From the NCBI GenBank assembly GCA_045562675.1, contig JBJKVL010000001.1, positions 55,662-119,661 on the forward strand: 64,000 bases of DNA, written 5' to 3'. Below are positions 40,247-51,100 of this stretch, piece after piece. Within the stretch, counting starts at the first letter, position 1. Each line of letters begins with the position of its first letter. The notes under the pieces were generated by a model. That model had not been told where the DNA came from and searched no databases. It saw only the letters and a list, made by a program, of their open reading frames with translations. This stretch comes from Dehalococcoidia bacterium (GTDB lineage: Bacteria; Chloroflexota; Dehalococcoidia; UBA2979). A program made the position numbers and the translations under genes.

Positions 40247-40313
40247 TATTTCTCCCTATGTTTGCTAAAAAAATTATATCAGAAGTCTGCTAATAGATTC
40301 TCAATGCGCAAAG

Positions 40314-41012
40314 TCATTTTTCATTATTTATTATATCAGATAAATAAAAATGTGCCTGTTCAGCAATTGGTTTAGTGTAACCTGTAATATCCCATTCAAG
40401 ATCCTGGTCAGAATCAATGTATTTTTTTAGAATATCTATTTGTTTTTTTGCAGTATCAATTTGATGCTTACGATCTAAGGGCTTGAAACCTTGTAATTTA
40501 CGCGAACCTTCTCTACCTCCTTCAGGAATATACCAATTTTTGATTGAATAACCACAACCAGCAATATATAACAGTCTTCCCACAGGTGTTGCATCAGGGG
40601 GAACACCAACTAATAACGAGCGTGCAGTTAAACGTCTATAGTCTGACTCATATTCAATCATTAAATGTCCACCTGGAGGTAAAATTTTTCCAAGGTTTGC
40701 AAAGATTTCTAACTCTGCCTGTTCTGAAACTTCTAAAGATTGATTTTTATCAAATTCTATTTGTTGATTAAAATTAATTATCTCTAACCAATTAAACCCA
40801 GGATAAATACCTGAATTACATAGACCTAAAATTATTGGTTCTAAAGATATAAAACTATCTTTTTTTAAAAATATTGAAAAATAATTTGCACCTATGCTAT
40901 TAGAAGGCCCAATGAATATTTCAAAAGAAAAATCACCATCAATTTTTATATTTAATAGTTCAGAGAGTATATTAGTACTCGAAGTATCAATTGCATTCCA
41001 TTGTTTTTTCAT
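40314..41012 (-). CDS. DUF1122-like protein
   Basis: PPGGHLMIEYE, GVPPDATPVG, KNWYIPEGGREGSRKLQGFK resemble DUF1122 (recalled, not searched). Confidence 0.75.
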   Translation of the reverse strand: MKKQWNAIDTSSTNILSELLNIKIDGDFSFEIFIGPSNSIGANYFSIFLKKDSFISLEPIILGLCNSGIYPGFNWLEIINFNQQIEFDKNQSLEVSEQAELEIFANLGKILPPGGHLMIEYESDYRRLTARSLLVGVPPDATPVGRLLYIAGCGYSIKNWYIPEGGREGSRKLQGFKPLDRKHQIDTAKKQIDILKKYIDSDQDLEWDITGYTKPIAEQAHFYLSDIINNEK

Positions 41013-41119
41013 CAGTATTGCATTATATATTTAAATTAATCATCATAAATAAAAAAATAAAAAAATGCATACAATTAAATTTTATTAGAAAAAATTAATA
41101 TTTAAAAAAAAGGACATCA

Positions 41120-42484
41120 TTGCCAATGCAAAATTCTTCAACTAAAGATAAGAAAGCTTACATCAATGTTGTAAAAGATTTAACTAATAGATCAAATTTT
41201 GAAAAAAATCTTGATAAAAAGAAAGGACAAAATTGGAAAGTTACACATATTAAAGAATACTTAGAAAAAAATAGAAATTTTGAAGCTAGAAATACAATAC
41301 ATCTTGCAGGTTCAAAAGGTAAAGGTTCAACTGCTCATTTTATAAATAATATTTTTTTGGAAAGTAAAAAAAATGTGTTGCTATATACTTCACCTGATCT
41401 ACATTCAGTAACAGAAAGAATTCTTCTAAATGGCAAACAAATTTCTAAAAAATTATTTGTTCAAATTGCTTCTAAATATACACAAAATACTTTTTTTGAT
41501 AACTGGTCATATTTTGAACTAATGACTATCATTGCTTGGGAAGCAGCACAAATACAAAATTGTGAATGGCAAATTATAGAAACCGGTTTAGGTGGAAGAT
41601 TAGATGCCACAAATGCATTAGGTCATAAAATCGTTAATATTATTACACCAATTGAACTAGAACACACTGAAATACTAGGTGATACCTTGGAAAAAATTAG
41701 TTCTGAAAAAACAGGGATAATTCATAAAGGTGAAAATGTGGTAGTCTCAAAAATGTCAGAAGAGGCAACAAAAATAATAAAAGAAAAAATCAATTTGATT
41801 GGAACAAAGCAATCGCTAGTCAATGAAGAATGCCAAATAAATTACAAAAATCAGTCAATAGAATACCAAATTTTAGACATCCATACTCCAATTACTATTT
41901 ACAAAAATATTAAATTAAAAAATATTGGTACACATCAAGCTGAAAATGCTGCAACAGCTATAAGAGCCTGCGAAATTGCCTGGAGGAAAATTTATAAAGA
42001 AGATATTCCTGTAAATTATGTTTTGCGTGGTCTCACAAATACAATTATTCCAGGAAGAATCGAGAAAATAAAAGAAAAACCATTAATATTGATTGATAGT
42101 ATGCATACAGTTTTATCAGCAAAAAAACTTGAAGAAACTTTATCAAATCTTCAACTTCCAAAAAAACGCGTAATAATTTTTGGTGCATTAGAAAACAAAA
42201 ATGTTAATAAAATCGCAAAAGTTCTATGTAAGAATAATACAGATATTATAGTTACTAAACCAATTTCAAAACGATCAATGTCAATCAATAAAGTAAAGAA
42301 GATATTCGATAAATATTGTGCAAATGTTGTTATAGAAAATAATTTAAAAAGAGCGATTAGATTAATCTCTAATGATACTCATCAAGATCGATATTTTCTT
42401 ATTGTTGGAAGTACTTATTTAATTGCAGAAGCCAGAGAAATTATTTTATCAATAGATGGTGATAGAAAATTAAACTTAAGATAA
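41120..42484 (+). CDS. folC: folylpolyglutamate synthase/dihydrofolate synthase
   Basis: IHLAGSKGKGST, YTSPDL..ERI, ETGLGGRLDATN, LEHTEILG, HQAENA, PGRIE. Confidence 0.93.
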   Translation: MPMQNSSTKDKKAYINVVKDLTNRSNFEKNLDKKKGQNWKVTHIKEYLEKNRNFEARNTIHLAGSKGKGSTAHFINNIFLESKKNVLLYTSPDLHSVTERILLNGKQISKKLFVQIASKYTQNTFFDNWSYFELMTIIAWEAAQIQNCEWQIIETGLGGRLDATNALGHKIVNIITPIELEHTEILGDTLEKISSEKTGIIHKGENVVVSKMSEEATKIIKEKINLIGTKQSLVNEECQINYKNQSIEYQILDIHTPITIYKNIKLKNIGTHQAENAATAIRACEIAWRKIYKEDIPVNYVLRGLTNTIIPGRIEKIKEKPLILIDSMHTVLSAKKLEETLSNLQLPKKRVIIFGALENKNVNKIAKVLCKNNTDIIVTKPISKRSMSINKVKKIFDKYCANVVIENNLKRAIRLISNDTHQDRYFLIVGSTYLIAEAREIILSIDGDRKLNLR

Positions 42485-43345
42485 ATCTAAATATTCAACG
42501 AGATTATCCCCCAAAATGGCATTTAGTGAATTTGGGTCTATATTTAATTTTTTCATCAAAATCAAATCTTTTGATTGATTTACTAATGGAAAGTCTGAAC
42601 CCCAAAAGAATTTTTTAGTCCCTAGTGACTGAATTGCTAGTTCTAAAACTTTAGAGTCATACAGTAAACTGAAAGCTGCAGTATCAAAACACATTTTACT
42701 TTCTTGAATTTTCTTTTTCACAAATGGCATAAATTGATACATTGGAATACCTGCGCCAAAGTGAGAGGCAATCATATCAAAATCATAGGAATTGATAATT
42801 TTCCATAATAAAGATAGCGTCAATCCATTTTCTTTCCCATTGTAATTATGACCAATCAATTCAGAAGTATGGAAATTAATTTTCATACTAAACATGTTAA
42901 GAACTTGAAAAAGCTCTGGTAATATTTTATGTAACAAATCTTTTTCTGTAATTTCATTATCTATTCTTATTTCACCGAAGCCTTTGACGCCAGCTTTATG
43001 CATATCTTCGATCTTAACTTTTATCTCATTAAAATTATTAATGTAAAGTGGTACAAAACATATAAATTTATCTGGATAATTTTGTTGCTGAGAAATGAGA
43101 TACTTAGCATGTGAATCAAAATGTACTTTTTCCTTCCAATGAAAACCCATTATGATACTCATATCGACGTTAGCTTGATGCATGGATTCTAATAAATCTT
43201 CTGCATTAGCCATTTTGGCATCGACAGAAGAATAAATTGAATTAAAATTCTCATCATTTCTAATTAATTCTTTTCTTCTGCTAATTTGTTCATCTGAAAA
43301 GAGATGTGTATGGCTGTCAACAATCATATTTACTCGCTTAAACAT
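42476..43345 (-). CDS. amidohydrolase family (Amidohydro_2-like) TIM-barrel protein
   Basis: IVDSHTH, KGFGE, ASHFGAG, FDTAA, WGSDFP, ILGDN. Confidence 0.85.
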   Translation of the reverse strand: MFKRVNMIVDSHTHLFSDEQISRRKELIRNDENFNSIYSSVDAKMANAEDLLESMHQANVDMSIIMGFHWKEKVHFDSHAKYLISQQQNYPDKFICFVPLYINNFNEIKVKIEDMHKAGVKGFGEIRIDNEITEKDLLHKILPELFQVLNMFSMKINFHTSELIGHNYNGKENGLTLSLLWKIINSYDFDMIASHFGAGIPMYQFMPFVKKKIQESKMCFDTAAFSLLYDSKVLELAIQSLGTKKFFWGSDFPLVNQSKDLILMKKLNIDPNSLNAILGDNLVEYLDLS

Positions 43346-43439
43346 AGTTCAAAATTAAGAAAACAATTTTTTGCTATGTTGAATTATAATTTAGTTATTA
43401 TATAGTTACTTATTAAATACTAAATAAATATAAAAATTT

Positions 43440-43961
43440 ATGAATAATATAAACAACGATAATCAAATTCGAAGAATTACAGAGGCACTTCTTTTTGTTC
43501 AAAATCAACCAATACAGATAAAAACAATTGCTAAAATAATCAATACTTCTGTCAAAAATATGGAAAAAATTATTGAGGAAATAAGTGATTCACTTGATAA
43601 CCATGGTATAAAAATTCAATCAGGCCCTTCAGGTATTCAATTGATCACTATTCCAGAAGCAAATGAAGTAATAAAAACTGCATATAAGCTAGAATCTGAA
43701 AAACCTCTTACAAAAGCAACATTAGAAACATTGGCAATTGTTGCATATAAACAACCGGTTACTAGAGCAGAAATTGAAAAAGTTCGTGGAGTAAGTTGTG
43801 ATGGTCATCTTGCTAATCTAAGAAGAAGAGGTTTAATTGAAGTAACAGGCCGGGCAGAGAAAATAGGTAGGCCATTACTTTTTAGTACAACGCAAAATTT
43901 TCTTTCATATTTTGGCCTGGAAAATGCTAACCAGTTACCAAATTTCGCTAGTTTAGATTAA
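43440..43961 (+). CDS. scpB: SMC-Scp complex subunit ScpB
   Basis: EALLF, LTKATLETLAIVAYKQPVTRAEIEKVRGV, GRPLLFSTT. Confidence 0.96.
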   Translation: MNNINNDNQIRRITEALLFVQNQPIQIKTIAKIINTSVKNMEKIIEEISDSLDNHGIKIQSGPSGIQLITIPEANEVIKTAYKLESEKPLTKATLETLAIVAYKQPVTRAEIEKVRGVSCDGHLANLRRRGLIEVTGRAEKIGRPLLFSTTQNFLSYFGLENANQLPNFASLD

Positions 43962-43983
43962 TGAAAATCAAAAATACATAATC

Positions 43984-44277
43984 ATGTTTATCAAGTCGGT
44001 TTTAATAACAATAAAAATTCCGAATAGTAGCTCACTGAAATATAAAAGATCAGTCATAAAAAGTATTGTGGATTCAACTCAAAATAAATTCAGTATTTCT
44101 TTTGGAGAAATAAATTATTTAGATAGAAATAATATGAGTTCAGTAGGTTTTTCGATCATCAGCAATCAGAGAAAACATCTAGTTGAAAAAGAACAAGCCA
44201 TAATGCAATTTATCGAATTAAAATTATTAGGAAGAGGAGAAATTATTAATGTAATATATGATGAGAATAAGATCTAA
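43984..44277 (+). CDS. DUF503 (YlxP-like) protein
   Basis: IPNSSSLKYKRSVIKSI...KFSISFGE pattern. Confidence 0.75.
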   Translation: MFIKSVLITIKIPNSSSLKYKRSVIKSIVDSTQNKFSISFGEINYLDRNNMSSVGFSIISNQRKHLVEKEQAIMQFIELKLLGRGEIINVIYDENKI

Positions 44278-44690
44278 TTAATAAATAAAAGATATGAAGC
44301 AATTAACAAAATAAACAAAACTATAACAAAATAAACTCTTTGTTCAATTGCTAAAAAATCCTCATAAAATAACTCAATTTTGGATTTTTCTAAATTTGGC
44401 AAGGGCTCTAAATCTAAAGGACGATTGATCTCACTTGGAAATGAATCAGCTAGAGCATCAAAATCTATACCTAGAAACTCAGCATAAAGTTTTAAGAAAC
44501 TCCTAGCAAAAACATGCGCAGGGAAAACCTCTAACTGTTCTAATTCCAATGCTTCAAGATAAATAGTGTTAATGCGAGTTTCCTCATATACTTGTACTAA
44601 AGAAAGACCTCTAGCTTTCCTGGCTTCTTGAAGAAGTGAACCGAAGCTTGTATTAAAAATATCTTGTGTGTCCGAATTCATTTTCACCAT
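44274..44690 (-). CDS. RodZ-like HTH protein with C-terminal TM
   Basis: GSLLQEARKARGLSL..TRINTIYLEALE..FARSFLKLYAEFLG; terminal hydrophobic helix. Confidence 0.82.
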   Translation of the reverse strand: MVKMNSDTQDIFNTSFGSLLQEARKARGLSLVQVYEETRINTIYLEALELEQLEVFPAHVFARSFLKLYAEFLGIDFDALADSFPSEINRPLDLEPLPNLEKSKIELFYEDFLAIEQRVYFVIVLFILLIASYLLFIN

Positions 44691-44693
44691 ACA

Positions 44694-45731
44694 TTAAATA
44701 TTAAAATCTATAATCGATTTTACTCCTTTTAGATTCGCTCTGTCCTGATAAGCAAGAGGAACTTCTTTGAGTTTATAGACATGAGTAATTAACATATCTA
44801 CGTTTTTTAATTGATCAATTATTTTTAAAATATCAATATAATTCTGTAAACTAGCATTCTGTGTACCAATAAGTTTTAACTCATTATAATGAATCAAATT
44901 AACATCAATTACACTTTTTTGATTTAAAGGAAAACCAGCAAATAGATTTATGACTCCCTTTTTTTTACATAAATTAAGGGCTGGTTCTATTAATTTGTCT
45001 ATCCCAACAGATAAAACAACTCTATCAAACCCACCTGGATGATTATCCAATAAAATATCTTGCCAATTTTTTTGAGGATCAATGACTTGCTTAACTCCTA
45101 TTATTTTTGCTAAATCTCTTCTTTCCGCAATAGGCTCAACAATTGTAATATTTGTAACACCGATATGAGATGCAAGAATTGCATGCATTAAACCCATAGG
45201 GCCACCTCCTAATATTAAAATTGAATGTTCTTTTTTTAATCCAATAGATCGAATTGAATTTAATGTACAAGATAATGGTTCTACCAATGCAGCTATTTTC
45301 AAGTCAGTTTTTTCAGATAAAGTAAAAAGGTGACCTAATTCAATAATTTCATTTGGAATATACACCTGTTCAGCAAATCCACCATCAAAATCATAGCCCA
45401 GCGTAATTCTTTTAGGACATCTATTTCTTAGGCCATCTAAGCAAAAATCACATGAACCACATGAAATAATTGGGCAAAGAGTTACTCGATCACCAATATT
45501 GAATTTTTTTATATCAATATGTTTATCTACAATAATACCTGAGAATTCATGACCTGGAGTAACTCCAATCTTCGCATTTTTTTCTCCGTGAAAAACTCTA
45601 ATGTCTGAAGCACATAGACTAGCAAATTGTGGTTTGATTATTAAACCTCCATTATTACAATTGAGGTTTGCTTTATCAGAAATTATAATCTGACCTTTTT
45701 CTTGAAAAGAAGCTGCTTTCATAATGACCAA
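44694..45731 (-). CDS. zinc-dependent alcohol/polyol dehydrogenase (MDR family)
   Basis: CASD, GHE, CGSCDFC..C, GGFAE, GGGPMG. Confidence 0.9.
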   Translation of the reverse strand: MVIMKAASFQEKGQIIISDKANLNCNNGGLIIKPQFASLCASDIRVFHGEKNAKIGVTPGHEFSGIIVDKHIDIKKFNIGDRVTLCPIISCGSCDFCLDGLRNRCPKRITLGYDFDGGFAEQVYIPNEIIELGHLFTLSEKTDLKIAALVEPLSCTLNSIRSIGLKKEHSILILGGGPMGLMHAILASHIGVTNITIVEPIAERRDLAKIIGVKQVIDPQKNWQDILLDNHPGGFDRVVLSVGIDKLIEPALNLCKKKGVINLFAGFPLNQKSVIDVNLIHYNELKLIGTQNASLQNYIDILKIIDQLKNVDMLITHVYKLKEVPLAYQDRANLKGVKSIIDFNI

Positions 45732-45740
45732 TAAGATAGA

Positions 45741-46001
45741 TTACTGAGATTTATTCAAATATTTATCAATACGCGACTTTGTTCTTGCAGCCTTATTTTT
45801 ATGTATAATATTTTTCTTTGCTGCACGATCTAAATTAGATTGAGCATCTTGAATGAGCTCACCAGCTTTTTCATCTTTATTATCAATGGCTTGATAGACA
45901 AGACGAATTGAGCGAGAAAGACGACTTCTTAAAGTTCGGTTATGATCCTCAGTCTTTTTATTTTGACGAACACGTTTTTTTGCTTGATTAGTAAGAGCCA
46001 T
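45741..46001 (-). CDS. rpsT: 30S ribosomal protein S20
   Basis: AKKRVRQ, LDRAAKKNIIHKNKAARTKSR. Confidence 0.96.
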   Translation of the reverse strand: MALTNQAKKRVRQNKKTEDHNRTLRSRLSRSIRLVYQAIDNKDEKAGELIQDAQSNLDRAAKKNIIHKNKAARTKSRIDKYLNKSQ

Positions 46002-46064
46002 TACTTAAAACCTTTAATATAATAAATAAACAGATAAAATCCATTATAACGGTATATAGTTTTA

Positions 46065-47639
46065 ATGCTAGAGGTTTTTGATAGAAGTCACATAATGATA
46101 AAACAATTTACAAATTATAGAAATATTCTTCCTACCATTTCTATAGTAGGCTTAGGTTTTATATTTGCAAGATTAACCGGAATTATTAAAACAATTGTTA
46201 TCGCCAATCAATTTGGAACATCTCCAGAAATTGCGGCTTATTGGGTTGCATTTAGAATCCCAGACTTATTATTCAATTTACTTGCAGGAGCAACTCTTTC
46301 AGCTGCATTTATACCAGTATTCAACAAAGCAATAAATAAAGAGGGAGAAAAAGCTGGATGGGTTTTATCAGCTTCAATCATTAATATACTAACTTCAATG
46401 ACATTAGTTTTTTGTATAATCTCTTTCATATTTACTGACTTTCTCATTAATATAATTGCTCCTGGATTAACTCAAGAAATCAATATTCTAGCTATTCAAT
46501 TAACTAGAATTATGCTTATCTCTCCTATTTTTTTCTGTATTTCAGGAATGGCTACTGGCATTCTAAATGGAAAAAATCATTTTATTGCACCAGCAATTGC
46601 ACCAACCATATATAATTTTTCTATTATTTTTGGAGCAATATATTTATCTAATTCATTTGGCGTAGAGGGGTTAGCATTTTCTGTGGTATTGGGAAGTATT
46701 GGACATTTATTAGTTCAATTATACGTATTAAAAGGATTGCGTATGGAATGGAAAATGTCTTTCAATTTGCGCTCTATATATGTTAAAGAAGTAATTTCTT
46801 TGGCATTACCACGCACTATTGGCTTAGCAGCAAATCAAATAAATTTAATTATCTTTATTCTTTTTGCATCAAATATTTCTGAAGAAAGCATCAATGCATT
46901 TAACTATGCGCATATGTTTATTATGTTGCCCGTAGCATTAATCGGCATGTCTATTTCTATAGCAATATTTCCAAAACTCTCTTCATTATTCACAGTAAAT
47001 AAATTGAAAGAATTCCACGAGTATGCTGAAAAAACTATCAGTGCAATCATTTTTCTATCAATTCCAGCAATAGTGGGAATAATAACGTTGGTAAATCCTA
47101 TGACAAAGTTAATTTTTGAACATGGTGAATTCGAACCAAGTTCTACAATTCTTGTTCAAAATATTGTAATACTTTTTGTTCCCATTATTTTTGCATTTTC
47201 ATTAACCGAAATTTTCAGTAGGATTTACTATGCTGCAATGGATACAAGGACACCAGTCATTGCAACAATAATTTCAGTAGTTATCAATGTGTTAATTTGC
47301 GTATTTACTGTTGATAAATTTGGATATCAATCAATTGCATTAGCTGGCAGCATTGCAGCACTCTCAGAACTAACTTTTTTAGTTTGTTTCCTGAAGAAAA
47401 AGGATATCAATATAAACTATCAGTTTATATTCATAGATTTTATTAAAGTCTTAATTGTTTCATTTGGTATGTATTTAATAATAGAATTCGTTGATAATAA
47501 TATTATTAAGAAATATTTAGCAAATGAATTTTTATCACTTTTTAGTCTAATTTTACTGGGAATAGTAAGTTATTTTGTATTGTTTAGAATTTTCTTTAAA
47601 CATAAATATAATTCAATTATTCATTTTCTAAAAGAATAA
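46065..47639 (+). CDS. murJ: lipid II flippase MurJ/MviN
   Basis: AFRIPDLL..LAGATLSAAFIP, AIFPKLS, IFEHGEF, RIYYAAMDTRTP; divergent from rpsT. Confidence 0.9.
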   Translation: MLEVFDRSHIMIKQFTNYRNILPTISIVGLGFIFARLTGIIKTIVIANQFGTSPEIAAYWVAFRIPDLLFNLLAGATLSAAFIPVFNKAINKEGEKAGWVLSASIINILTSMTLVFCIISFIFTDFLINIIAPGLTQEINILAIQLTRIMLISPIFFCISGMATGILNGKNHFIAPAIAPTIYNFSIIFGAIYLSNSFGVEGLAFSVVLGSIGHLLVQLYVLKGLRMEWKMSFNLRSIYVKEVISLALPRTIGLAANQINLIIFILFASNISEESINAFNYAHMFIMLPVALIGMSISIAIFPKLSSLFTVNKLKEFHEYAEKTISAIIFLSIPAIVGIITLVNPMTKLIFEHGEFEPSSTILVQNIVILFVPIIFAFSLTEIFSRIYYAAMDTRTPVIATIISVVINVLICVFTVDKFGYQSIALAGSIAALSELTFLVCFLKKKDININYQFIFIDFIKVLIVSFGMYLIIEFVDNNIIKKYLANEFLSLFSLILLGIVSYFVLFRIFFKHKYNSIIHFLKE

Positions 47640-47692
47640 AATTGTTATAATCAACGCTACGATATTCTGTAAAAAAAAATATAGAGGTTAAA

Positions 47693-48127
47693 ATGTCTTT
47701 CTCAGATAAAGAAATTGTATGTGAAGAATGCAGTCAAGCATTTATTTTTACTGCTGGTGAACAAGAATTTTTTTCTAGCAAAGGATTACAAAATCTACCA
47801 AGAAGATGTAATGTTTGTAGGCAAAAAAGAAAATTATCTACAGGTAGCAATGAGGAAAACTTTTCTTATGGTCGTGCAGTGTCATACTCAGGCAAAACTC
47901 CTAGAAGATTACACATAGCCCCTTGTTCTGGTTCAAAATCATTAAGCCCTGAATGCCAGGAATATACAGAGGTTCCTTTTATGCCAAGAGGAGACAGACC
48001 CATATACTGCTCTAGTTGTTATAATGTGATGAAAAATGCTGAAGCAGAAGCTGAAGCAGATGAAAAAATAGAAACTAGTGCATCTTCAGAAAATGATTCA
48101 GACACAAAAGAAAGTATTCTTGAATAA
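47693..48127 (+). CDS. zinc-ribbon (zf-trcl / CxxC-x17-CxxC) domain protein
   Basis: DKEIVCEECSQAFIFTAGEQEFF..PRRCNVCR; TEVPFMPRGDRPIYCSSC. Confidence 0.85.
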   Translation: MSFSDKEIVCEECSQAFIFTAGEQEFFSSKGLQNLPRRCNVCRQKRKLSTGSNEENFSYGRAVSYSGKTPRRLHIAPCSGSKSLSPECQEYTEVPFMPRGDRPIYCSSCYNVMKNAEAEAEADEKIETSASSENDSDTKESILE

Positions 48128-51100
48128 GTGACAGAAAAAGCTAGCTTCGATAAAGTCTCAAATAATTTTTTGCTTCCAAAAATTGAAGAAGAAATAATTG
48201 ATTATTGGGATAAAAATAATATTTTTACTAAAACTCTATTAGATAGAAAAGAATCTCAAATTTTTACTTTTTATGAAGGGCCACCTACTGCCAATGGAAC
48301 TCCTGGCATTCACCATGTTCTTGCAAGAGTTATAAAGGATTTAATACTGAGATATAAAACTATGCAAGGTTATAGAGTAGAAAGAAAAGGTGGATGGGAT
48401 ACACATGGCTTACCAGTAGAATTAGAGGTAGAAAAAAAACTTGGATTAACAAATAAAAATGATATAGAAAAATATGGAATAGAAGAATTCAATAAAGAAT
48501 GTAAAGAATCCGTTTTTAATTACGTGCAAGATTGGGAAAAACTTACTAAGCGCATTGGTTACTGGATTGATATGGAAAATCCCTACATAACTTACGAAAA
48601 CGATTATATCGAAAGTGGATGGTGGATTTTCAAACAACTTTGGGAGAACAAATTAATATTTAGAGATTTTCGTGTTACACCTCAATGTGGAAGATGTGAA
48701 ACGAGTCTATCTTCTCACGAGATTGCATTAGGATATAAAGAAAATACTATTGATCCAAGTGTTTATGTAAAATTTAATATCGACATGAAACAAAATCATG
48801 AATTAATCAAAAAAATTACTCAATTTTCAAACAAGGCTTCAATAATGGCATGGACTACTACTCCATGGACCTTACCTGGAAATACCGCTCTGGCAATAGA
48901 CAAAAATGCTAATTATGTAATTGCGTCAATCGAAGAAAGCCAATCACCAGAATGTATAATAATAGCGGAAAATTTATTGGAAAAAATTGTATCGACTACA
49001 AAAATTAATTTACATGCAAAATTATCTATTAAAGGTACAGAATTAATTGATTTACAATATGATCATTTTTTTGACGTGGAAAATTGGGAAGATAATACAA
49101 TTTTTCAAATTAACGAAAACTCAAAAGATGAAAATAAAAAAGATGCTTCATACAAAATCACTAGAGGAATAGTTGCTGCTGACTTTGTAGGGACTGATGA
49201 AGGAACAGGCATCGTTCACATAGCACCTGCTTTTGGTGATGATGATTATAAGCTTGGTCAAGATAAAAAATTATTTTTTGTTCAGCATATAAATAGTAAG
49301 GGTCGATTTTATGGTGGTCAATTTAAGGATATGTTTATTAAAGATGCTGATAAAGAGATTATTAAATTCCTTAGAAACGAAAATGTTCTCCACTTTGACA
49401 ATACTATAAAACATACTTATCCATTTTGTTGGCGGTGTGATGATCCAATAATTTATTATGCTAAACCGTCCTGGTATATTAAAACTACAGCAATCAAAGA
49501 CATATTAATTCAAGGAAATCAAGACAAGATCAATTGGGTTCCCGAACATATCAAATCTGGTAGGTTTGGAGAATGGCTTGAAGGAAATATTGACTGGGCA
49601 TTTTCAAGAGAAAGATATTGGGGCACTCCACTACCTTTTTGGGAATGTAACAATTGTTCAAATATAATTTGTATAGGTTCTTTTGAAGAATTAAAAAAAC
49701 TTGCAGGCATGGAAAAAGAAGTAGAGGATCCCCATAGACCTTTCATTGATTCAATTCATATACCCTGTAAAGATTGTGATTCGGATATGAAGAGAGTTGG
49801 TGAAGTTGCAGATGCTTGGTTTGACTCTGGAGCAATGCCATATGCTCAATGGCATTATCCATTTGAAAATAAAGAAATTTTTGAAAAAAATTTTCCAGCT
49901 GATTTTATAACTGAAGGAATGGACCAAACAAGAGGTTGGTTTTATACACTCCATGCACTGGCTACATTACTCTTTAGTATTAAAGCAGTGCCTAATCAAA
50001 TCGCATTTAAAAATTGTATTTCACACGGCATTATTCTTGATGGTAACGGTCAAAAAATGTCTAAAAGTAAAGGAAATGTTATTGAACCTTTCGAAGTAAT
50101 TGATAGACATGGCGCAGATGCAATTAGATGGTATATGTTTACTGCTTCTCCTCCAGGTAACACAAGAAGGTTTTCAAGTGAGCTTGTAGAAGAATCTTCA
50201 AGAAAAACATTCACAACGTTGTGGAATGTATATAGTTTTTTTGTAACTTATGCAAACCTCTCTAATTTTTCAATAAAGGAAAACTTATTAAAATCTCAAA
50301 AGAGAACAGAACTCGACATTTGGATTCAATCAGAACTCAATGAAACAATTAAAAAAGTTACAGAGGGATTAGAAAAATATGAACCTTCAGAGGCTGCAAG
50401 GCCGATAAATCAATTTATTGAACAATTATCAAATTGGTATGTAAGAAGAAATCGTAGGAGATTTTGGAAAACAGATAACTCAACAGACTCATCAATTGCT
50501 CTAAACATTCTTTATGATTGCTTAGTAAAAGTGACTCAAATCTCTGCACCATTTATTCCTTTTCTTTCTGAAGAAATTTATCGCAATTTAATTCAAATTT
50601 CGAAAAAAGATAACTATGAGTCAATACATTTAAGCCAATGGCCTGAATATAACCAAAAAGAAATTAATGAAGACCTTTCAGAAAAAATTAAATTAGTTCA
50701 AAAAATGATATCTATGGGTAGAAGAACCAGACAACAATCATCAATTAAAATTCGACAACCACTTGGAGAAATTACTTTTATCACAAAAAACAAAAAGGAA
50801 AAAGATTTTCTAACAGAAGCTAGTAATGAAATAAAAGAAGAATTAAATGTTAAACAAGTAAGCTTTCATGAATTTAATTCTGAATTGATTCAATATACAA
50901 TTAAAATAAATAAAGCAACAATGGGACCAAAAATTGGTAAAGCTGTCAATAAATTGGAAGAGGCTATCGTAAAAGAAGATGTGCTGGAAATATTAAATAC
51001 ATTAAACAAGGGAGAGCCATATAATCTCTTAGAACACAAACTAGAATTCAAAGATTTAAACATTAAAGTTGATGCTATTGATGGTTACGCAGCTGCCGAA

